Source of the DNA: an uncultured Planctomycetales bacterium
GTDB taxonomy: Bacteria; Omnitrophota; Gorgyraeia; Zapsychrales; Aceulaceae
Reading direction: 5' to 3'
DNA: 64,000 bases
Assembly (NCBI GenBank): GCA_964648665.1
Contig: CAZYOA010000003.1
Coordinates: 17,449-81,448 of the forward strand
Shown here: piece after piece, positions 28,644-35,350 of the stretch
Position numbering within the stretch: position 1 is the first letter of the stretch
Layout: every line of letters starts with the position of its first letter
The notes under the pieces: model-generated
What the model saw: only the letters and a program-made list of their open reading frames with translations
Databases searched by the model: none
What the model was told of the DNA's origin: nothing
Made by a program: the position numbers and the translations under genes

Positions 28644-29911
28644 TGCAGTTTGTTGAAAAAATAAAAAATTTAAAATTTGTTAGAAATTTCCTTTTGTTTC
28701 TTGCCATTATGGGGCCAGGCATTATTACATCTAATGTTGATAACGATGCTGGTGGCATTGCCACATATTCTTTAGCTGGTGCACATTTTGGATACACACT
28801 TCTTTGGTCTTTGATTCCGATTACTCTTGCATTGATTGTTATTCAAGAGATGTGTGCACGCATGGCTGTAGCGACGGGTAAAGGGTTAGCAGATTTGATT
28901 CGAGAGAATTTTGGAGTTAAGATCACGTTTCATCTGATGTGGATTCTGCTTGTTGTTAATCTTCTGAATGTTATGGCTGAGTTTGCAGGTGTTGCGGCAA
29001 GTCTTGAGATTTTTAATATTAATAAATTTTTTACAGTTCCTTTAGCCGCATTGTTTGTGTGGACTTTGGTCGTGAAGGGAACATATAAAACGGTTGAAAA
29101 GATATTCTTAACAGCATGCCTTTTTTATGTCACATATATTTTCTCCGGATTTATTGCAAAACCAGAATGGACAGAGGTGTTTCGTCAAACCATTAGGCCT
29201 GAAATTACTTTTGATCTTAAATATTCTGTAATGCTTGTTGGTATTATCGGAACAACAATCGCGCCGTGGATGCAATTTTATCTTCAATCTTCAATTGTCG
29301 ACAAAGGGATTAGCATCGAACAGTATAAGCATGTTCGCATGGATGTTGTGGGTGGAAGCATTTTAGCTCCAATTGTTGCTTTTTTTATTGTTGTGGCATG
29401 TGCTGCAACTTTATTTAAGGCTGGGATTACAATTGAAAGTGCAAAAGATGCTGCTGTTGCTCTTGAGCCGTTAGCTGGAAAATACGCTAAGATATTGTTT
29501 TCTTTTGGACTTTTTAATGCGTCTATTTTTGCGGCATCAGTTTTGCCTCTATCGACGGCATATTGTATTTGTGAGGGGATGGGATGGAATGCTGGTGTTG
29601 ATAAGCGCTTTGAAGAAGCGCCTGAATTTTTTGGTTTGTATACAGCTTTGATTGCTATTGGAGCAGGCGTTGTGTTGATTCCTAACTTTCCTTTATTGAA
29701 GATCATGTATTTCTCTCAAGTTGGGAACGGAATCTTGTTGCCATTTATTTTGATATTTATGCTGATTTTGATTAACGATAAAAGCTTGATGGGTGAGTTT
29801 ACTAATAATCGCGTATTAAATATTTTTACTTGGCTGACTGTTATCGTGATTATTGCACTGACGCTTTTGATGGTAGGTTTTTCTGTCTTTTGTCCGAATC
29901 AATTTATTTAA
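28643..29911 (+). CDS. Nramp-family transporter with NRMT-like (Mg2+-type) binding-site residues
   Basis: 422 aa, ~11 TM. The TM1 motif is 'DNDAGG' (DAGG at 28745-28756) instead of DPGN. The TM6 motif is 'GTTIAPW' (29249-29269) instead of GA(V/T)VMPH. Confidence 0.8.
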   Translation: MQFVEKIKNLKFVRNFLLFLAIMGPGIITSNVDNDAGGIATYSLAGAHFGYTLLWSLIPITLALIVIQEMCARMAVATGKGLADLIRENFGVKITFHLMWILLVVNLLNVMAEFAGVAASLEIFNINKFFTVPLAALFVWTLVVKGTYKTVEKIFLTACLFYVTYIFSGFIAKPEWTEVFRQTIRPEITFDLKYSVMLVGIIGTTIAPWMQFYLQSSIVDKGISIEQYKHVRMDVVGGSILAPIVAFFIVVACAATLFKAGITIESAKDAAVALEPLAGKYAKILFSFGLFNASIFAASVLPLSTAYCICEGMGWNAGVDKRFEEAPEFFGLYTALIAIGAGVVLIPNFPLLKIMYFSQVGNGILLPFILIFMLILINDKSLMGEFTNNRVLNIFTWLTVIVIIALTLLMVGFSVFCPNQFI

Positions 29912-29951
29912 ATTGATATTTGTTTGCGCGCGAATGTATTGATAATTGTTT

Positions 29952-29980
29952 TTGACTATGTTGAAAAAATATAATAATAT
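29952..29980 (+). promoter_or_regulatory. Sigma-70-type promoter in the NRMT/ATP-grasp intergenic region
   Basis: TTGACT (29952-29957), a 17-nt spacer, then TAATAT (29975-29980). Confidence 0.4.
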
Positions 29981-30103
29981 TAAATAAGGAATAAGACCAT
30001 GTGTGGATTTAACCCTATTTATGACGTTTGGTAAGAAATGCGGGGAGAATTTTATTGAAGTATTACGCTTCGCAAAATAAGAAATTTAATATAAAAGGTT
30101 TTT

Positions 30104-30144
30104 AAGGAACGATCGAATTTATTTTGAACGTTCCTTATTTTTTT
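30104..30144 (+). terminator. Intrinsic terminator-like hairpin immediately upstream of the ATP-grasp gene
   Basis: aaggaacg (30104-30111) pairs with cgttcctt (30129-30136). An inner tcga/ttga extension is possible. The stem is followed by attttttt, and the ATG lies at 30156. Confidence 0.55.
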
Positions 30145-30155
30145 GGGAAATAATA

Positions 30156-31238
30156 ATGATTATAGGATTAACATACGATTCAAAAGAACAATGCCTCGTT
30201 TCTGATGATCAGCCTATTGATTTTAATGCAGAATTTGATCCTCAAGATACAATTAATGATATTGTCATGGCGCTTGAGTCTGGCGGGCATGAAGTTAAGA
30301 AAATAGGAAATTTTAAAAGTCTTCTTTCTCAGATTGATCCGTTTGCGCTTTTTAAGAAAAATGGGTTAGCTTCGGCGGATTCTGCTGCGCTTTGTAATTT
30401 GGGCGTTGATATTGTTTTTAATATTTCTGAAGGTCTTGGTGGCAGAAACCGAGAATCCCAGATTCCGACCTTGCTTGAGTTTTATGAAATTCCTTATATT
30501 GGTTCTGATGCGTTAACGATGGGAATTACTCTTGATAAAATGATCGCTAAGAAATGTTTTATAGTGGATAATATTCCAACGGCAAAATCAGTGCTTGCGC
30601 ATTCATCCGATGATTTAAAAGATTTAAAAGATTTAAAAGGATTGAAATTTCCTTTGATGGTGAAACCTTGCTATGAAGGAACATCGAAAGGAATTACACC
30701 TACATCGAAAGTAGGAAATCTTGAGGCGCTTAAAAAGCAAGTCGATTTTGTTGTTAAAGAATATCGTCAACCTGCAATTGTTGAAGAGTTTATAAAGGGA
30801 AGAGAGTGTACGGTTGTTGTTTTGGGAAATGATTGTCCAAGGCCGATGCCGATTGTTCAGTATAAGATTGATGATGAGCTTGATGGCGATGGATTTTATA
30901 CTTCAGAACATGTGCGAAAAGAAAATGTTGAATATATTTGTCCTGCGCAAATTAGTAAAGAGCTGACGCTTAAGCTTCAAGATTTAGCTGTTAAAGTTTA
31001 TAAAAGTGTTGGATGCCGAGATTTTGGACGAGTGGATTTTCGTATTGATAAAAATGACAATCCGTATGTTCTTGAAATTAATCCTTTGCCGTGTTTAGCA
31101 AAAAAAGATACATTCTCTCTTATTGCCAGAGAGATTAATAAGTCTTTTGAAGAAATGATCCTCTGGGTTTTAAACGCAGGAATCAAAAGGCTCAAAATAA
31201 ACAATAAAACTTCAAGGCTTGCATATGAATCCCATTGA
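30156..31238 (+). CDS. ATP-grasp ligase, D-alanine--D-alanine ligase family
   Basis: 360 aa; 'IPYIGSDALTMGITLDKMIAKK', 'FPLMVKPCYEGTSKGI', 'AIVEEFIKGRECTV', 'GCRDFGRVDFRIDKNDNPYVLEINPLP'. Confidence 0.75.
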   Translation: MIIGLTYDSKEQCLVSDDQPIDFNAEFDPQDTINDIVMALESGGHEVKKIGNFKSLLSQIDPFALFKKNGLASADSAALCNLGVDIVFNISEGLGGRNRESQIPTLLEFYEIPYIGSDALTMGITLDKMIAKKCFIVDNIPTAKSVLAHSSDDLKDLKDLKGLKFPLMVKPCYEGTSKGITPTSKVGNLEALKKQVDFVVKEYRQPAIVEEFIKGRECTVVVLGNDCPRPMPIVQYKIDDELDGDGFYTSEHVRKENVEYICPAQISKELTLKLQDLAVKVYKSVGCRDFGRVDFRIDKNDNPYVLEINPLPCLAKKDTFSLIAREINKSFEEMILWVLNAGIKRLKINNKTSRLAYESH

Positions 31239-32406
31239 AGAGATGAACAATCAAACCAGCGATAGAGTCCAGGCGTTAAAAGTAAATTTAACGTCTAAAG
31301 AGAATCAATTTATAGGTTCTCTTAAGGATGCTGTACCGATTGGTTGGGAAGATTGGACTTGGCAGATTAGTCATCGCATTCGAACCAAAGAAGCTCTCTC
31401 TGAGATTGTTAATTTAACTCCTGAAGAAATAAGCGGCATCGAGGGTTGTGGGGAAAAATTAACGATGGCGATACCACCATATTTTGCTTCTCTTATTGAT
31501 CCCAATGATCCAAACTGTCCGATTCGAAGACAATGTGTTCCTGTTAAAGATGAGCTTATTAAATCAGAGCATGAATTTGAAGATCCTTGCGCAGAGGAAA
31601 AGAATTCTCCTGTACCCGGACTTGTCCACAGATATCCTGACCGAGTTTTATTTTTAGTTAGCGAAATGTGCGCGATGTATTGCAGGCATTGTACGCGATC
31701 GCGCATGGTTGGCGAAGGGCGACATAAAAGAAAAACATCGCATTATGAAGATGCTTATCGTTATATTCGATTAAATAAGAAAATTCGAGATGTTTTAATC
31801 TCCGGTGGCGATCCTTTGATGTTAGGCGATGAAACGCTTGAAGATATTATTAAAAATATTAAAGCAATCCCTCATGTTGAGATTGTACGCATCGGTACAA
31901 GAGCTCCGGTTACGCTTCCTCAGAGGATTACAAATGATCTTGTTTCAATGCTAAAGAAATATAGCCCGATTTGGATTAACATCCATGTTAATCATCCTAA
32001 AGAAATTACTCGGCGTGTACGTTTTGCTTGCGAGCTTTTAGCAGACAGCGGAATTCCCTTAGGAAGTCAAACTGTACTTTTAAAAGGAATCAACGATAAG
32101 CCTTCTGTTATGAAAAAGCTAATGCATGAACTTCTTAAGATTCGCGTTCGCCCTTATTATATTTATCAATGTGATCCGATTTCTGGATCAAGTCATTTCC
32201 GCACTCCGATGGCAACAGGAATTAATATTATCGATAAGCTCAGAGGGCACACAACAGGCTTTGCTGTTCCTAAATATGTTATCGATGCCGCTTGCGGAGG
32301 CGGAAAGATTCCGATTGAGCCTAACTCAATTATTTCGCAGAATGAAAATAGATTTACTTTGAAAAATTTTGCAGGCGAGCATTTTTTCCACTACGATCCC
32401 AAATAA
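31219..32406 (+). CDS. kamA: Lysine 2,3-aminomutase family radical SAM enzyme
   Basis: 'WQISHRI', 'LVHRYPDRVLFLVSEMCAMYCRHCTRS' (CxxxCxxC), 'ISGGDPL', 'VRPYYIYQCDPISGSSHFRTP', 'VIDAACGGGKIP'. It overlaps the upstream gene by 20 nt. Confidence 0.85.
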   Translation: MHMNPIEEMNNQTSDRVQALKVNLTSKENQFIGSLKDAVPIGWEDWTWQISHRIRTKEALSEIVNLTPEEISGIEGCGEKLTMAIPPYFASLIDPNDPNCPIRRQCVPVKDELIKSEHEFEDPCAEEKNSPVPGLVHRYPDRVLFLVSEMCAMYCRHCTRSRMVGEGRHKRKTSHYEDAYRYIRLNKKIRDVLISGGDPLMLGDETLEDIIKNIKAIPHVEIVRIGTRAPVTLPQRITNDLVSMLKKYSPIWINIHVNHPKEITRRVRFACELLADSGIPLGSQTVLLKGINDKPSVMKKLMHELLKIRVRPYYIYQCDPISGSSHFRTPMATGINIIDKLRGHTTGFAVPKYVIDAACGGGKIPIEPNSIISQNENRFTLKNFAGEHFFHYDPK

Positions 32407-32501
32407 ATTCCACTTATTTAATTATAAGAATTTCATAACTTGTTGCAAATCAGTACTTTAAAGTCTTTTTGAAAGCGCTTTCCTCAAATCCCTATATTCT
32501 A

Positions 32502-32529
32502 TTGAAACGTTATTCCTAGGAGCTATACT
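32502..32529 (+). promoter_or_regulatory. Sigma-70-type promoter of the giant-ORF unit
   Basis: TTGAAA (32502-32507), a 16-nt spacer, then TATACT (32524-32529). It lies 40 nt upstream of ATG 32570, which has the SD aaggagg (32558-32564). Confidence 0.5.
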
Positions 32530-32569
32530 TTATAAGGTTTTAAGGAAACCATTACATAAGGAGGACAGG

Positions 32570-35323
32570 ATGAAAAATTTTATTAAAGAATCTTTTGTTT
32601 TTAAGTATGTTGCCATCTTCACGATTATCAGTTTTCTCTCAATTTCTATTTTTCCAAGTCAAGCTTTAGCGCAAGGGGTATTCGGGTTACCGCAGCCGGG
32701 AACAATGGTTTCCTTAAGTCCTTCTTTTTACCCGGTTCTTTTACGAGGTGTGCAGGTACATCCAGAGAATCCTTTGCGCTTTGATTTTATTATGGATACC
32801 GGAGACACTGGTTTAGAAGGCGAAGCCTTTAAGCAAGAAGCTTCCAAAGTCATTAAATATTTCTTGGCATCTTTAACGGTTCCTGAAGATGAATTTTGGG
32901 TTAACCTTTCTCCTTATGAAAAAGATCGTATTATGGCCGACATGCTAGGTCAAACAGAAATGGGGCGCGATCTTTTGTCTCAGGATTATATGCTCAAACA
33001 ACTCACAGCTACCCTTATTAATCCAGATAGTGAGATTGGTAAGAATTTTTGGAATAGAGTTTATAAAAAATCCTATGAGATGTATGGAACAACTAAAGTT
33101 CCAACCAATACATTTAACAAGGTTTGGATCGTGCCAAATAAAGCTGTTGTTTATGAACAAGGAGCCCATGCGTTTGTAGGTGATCGACATCTTAAAGTTA
33201 TGTTGGAAGAAGATTACCTTGCTTTAGAAAATAATGCTCAAAGACAGGATCTAGGGTTAGACAATATAGGGAATATAGACGCGCAAAAGCTTTCAAAGGT
33301 ATCGTCATTAATTGTTAAAGAAATTTTAATTCCTGAGATTGAAAAAGAAGTTAATCAGGGAAAAACCTTTGCAAAGTTGCGTCAAATTTTTGATGCTATG
33401 ATTTTAGCGACGTGGTATAAGAAAACCTTAAAACAAAGTCTTTTGGGACAAATTTATGTTGATCAAAACAAAGTTTCAGGTATTGATATTGAAGATAAAA
33501 CAGCTCGAGAGCAGATTTATGATCAATATTTAGAATCCTTTAAAAAAGGTGTTTTTGATCTTGTTAAGGTTGAAAAAGATATCGCCTCAAACAAACATAT
33601 TCCTAGAAAATATTTCTCTGGTGGTGTTGTCACTGGCGTTGTCACGGTCGATGATCTTGATATTAGACCTATGCGATCTTTAGGGAGGAAGGCTATTTCT
33701 TCAAATCTTCAGCCTTATAATAAAGGGAAGATGGAAAAGGTTACTGTTGATCTTGCAAGCTCTAATATCAATCCTGATCGAATTAATAAGGAAGAAAGAC
33801 TTGCTTTTGATCGAGCAAAGCAAAAGATACACGGTATCGTTAATTTCGGTTTTGATGCTCCTCAATTTAAAGCAAAGTTTAATGAAGAAACACTAACACG
33901 ATTAGAAGCATTATTACTATATTCTCCTGATTTTCAATCATTGCTTCTCAGCGCCAATGCTGTTCAGGAATCCTTAACGAATGAACTTAAAAGTGATAAA
34001 TTTAAAGGAAGACGGAACGCAGGCCTTAGAGCGATTATGACAGGAAAAATAAAAAATCTTGGAGAAGAGATCTTATCTCTTAAGAAAGATCAAGGCAAAA
34101 CGGGGCAGAAGTCAAATCTGATCGAAGGGGCTCATTCTGGCATAATTCACCCAGAGTTTAATGATAAGATCGGGACAGGATGGGCTAACAAGATGACTCA
34201 AAAGAGCGGAGCAGAAGTCGCTAGTTGGTCTTTAAAAAGAGTTATTGATTTCTTTCGTTATTATCGAAATACTGGCGTTCACTACTTAGGAGCAATAAAT
34301 TGGAAACCTTTAGGTTTTGAATTTAAATCTCAAGGGATGAATGCTAATTCTGGAGAATTTGATTTAACAGAACAAATTGATTTGGGTGACTTAGACGGAT
34401 CGGGTGGCGATTTGATTGGCACAGGATGGAACAATTTAATTAAGCGGGGTCCGACTACTTCTGATATGTCGCTTAGCGAAGAAGAGGGTATTTTTCTGCC
34501 TGAAAATATGCCTGAAGGCAATGGGTCTCAGATTATAGCAGGTGGACATAGAAGAATGTTTCCTAATAAAAATGCCTTGGACGACTCTATAGGCACAGGA
34601 TGGAGGAATTTAATTAAACCGGATGTAGCAGGGGATTCTTCGGCACCTTTTGTTTGGAAGTCTCAAGGAATGAATGCTCCAGACGGAGGGAATCTTTCTT
34701 CTTCACAACAGCCTTCTGATTTTTCAGAAATTATGATGGGTCTTTTTTATTCGAATTTTAATCGTTTTAATGAAGCAAAGAATGGAGTTAAAGCAGAAAT
34801 TAAAAAAGTTAATGGGCGGCAATCTTTTGTTATTGAATCAGATTACTTGAGTTTTCGGATTTTTGCTTATCAAGAACAAGGCAAGATTTATATCGAGCAG
34901 CAAGAGATTTTACCTGGTATTCCTGATGATTCTTCGAAAGTAGGTGTTTTAGGTAAAAGTAAGACTTTGATTGAAATAGCCAAAGAAGATGCTAAAGATG
35001 AAGATATTCTTGCTATTTTCAAAGAGTTTCTTGCGCAGGCAAATCAGGCGAATTTGGTGAATGCTTCTTTAAAGACAAGTGATTTAAAGAAAATGGATGG
35101 GCAAGAAGAAGTCGGCAAGGGCGCCTCATCGCAGATGGGTGCACCAACCGCCAATCAAATGAAACAGCAACTTTCGACTCAAATGGTTGCTATTCGAATG
35201 CATCAAGAAATAGATTCAGATCAAGCGGGCCGAGAGATTGAAGAAGTTCTTAAAAATACAAAAAGTTATGCAGATCTTATTGATCCAATAGCCCAGACGA
35301 TTGTGGATGTCAAAAAGAATTGA
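32570..35323 (+). CDS. Giant-locus ORF 1: secreted 917-aa protein, unnamed N-terminal domain, internal IGTGW/KSQGMNA motifs
   Basis: It has a signal peptide (FKYVAIFTIISFLSISIFPSQALAQG) and a conserved-looking domain 'LPQPGTMVSLSPSFYPVLLRGVQVHPENPLRFDFIMDTGD...WVNLSPYEKDRI...NKVWIVPNKAVVYE'. It ends at the lone TGA 35321-35323, in frame with the next ORF. Confidence 0.7.
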   Translation: MKNFIKESFVFKYVAIFTIISFLSISIFPSQALAQGVFGLPQPGTMVSLSPSFYPVLLRGVQVHPENPLRFDFIMDTGDTGLEGEAFKQEASKVIKYFLASLTVPEDEFWVNLSPYEKDRIMADMLGQTEMGRDLLSQDYMLKQLTATLINPDSEIGKNFWNRVYKKSYEMYGTTKVPTNTFNKVWIVPNKAVVYEQGAHAFVGDRHLKVMLEEDYLALENNAQRQDLGLDNIGNIDAQKLSKVSSLIVKEILIPEIEKEVNQGKTFAKLRQIFDAMILATWYKKTLKQSLLGQIYVDQNKVSGIDIEDKTAREQIYDQYLESFKKGVFDLVKVEKDIASNKHIPRKYFSGGVVTGVVTVDDLDIRPMRSLGRKAISSNLQPYNKGKMEKVTVDLASSNINPDRINKEERLAFDRAKQKIHGIVNFGFDAPQFKAKFNEETLTRLEALLLYSPDFQSLLLSANAVQESLTNELKSDKFKGRRNAGLRAIMTGKIKNLGEEILSLKKDQGKTGQKSNLIEGAHSGIIHPEFNDKIGTGWANKMTQKSGAEVASWSLKRVIDFFRYYRNTGVHYLGAINWKPLGFEFKSQGMNANSGEFDLTEQIDLGDLDGSGGDLIGTGWNNLIKRGPTTSDMSLSEEEGIFLPENMPEGNGSQIIAGGHRRMFPNKNALDDSIGTGWRNLIKPDVAGDSSAPFVWKSQGMNAPDGGNLSSSQQPSDFSEIMMGLFYSNFNRFNEAKNGVKAEIKKVNGRQSFVIESDYLSFRIFAYQEQGKIYIEQQEILPGIPDDSSKVGVLGKSKTLIEIAKEDAKDEDILAIFKEFLAQANQANLVNASLKTSDLKKMDGQEEVGKGASSQMGAPTANQMKQQLSTQMVAIRMHQEIDSDQAGREIEEVLKNTKSYADLIDPIAQTIVDVKKN
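33836..34012 (+). repeat. Shared module copy 1 (IVNFGFDAPQFKAKF...AVQESLTNELK)
   Basis: By eye it aligns without gaps to 38891-39067 at roughly 80-85% nucleotide identity. Confidence 0.8.
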
Positions 35324-35350
35324 CCAGCTACAGGGACAAGAATTAGACCT

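Noticed and set aside
29912-30155. A lysine (L-box) riboswitch upstream of the beta-lysine genes.
   Set aside because: I could not find the conserved L-box core or its five-helix organisation, only a promoter and a terminator. It is reported instead as an unclassified leader or sRNA candidate.
35321-35323. Genome-wide UGA reassignment (code 4 or 25) or selenocysteine at the in-frame TGA.
   Set aside because: TGA terminates well-conserved genes at their expected lengths (atpD 5321-5323, exonuclease 14239-14241). I see no convincing SECIS-like hairpin in the 40 nt after the TGA and no sel genes in the window. Local read-through is not excluded.
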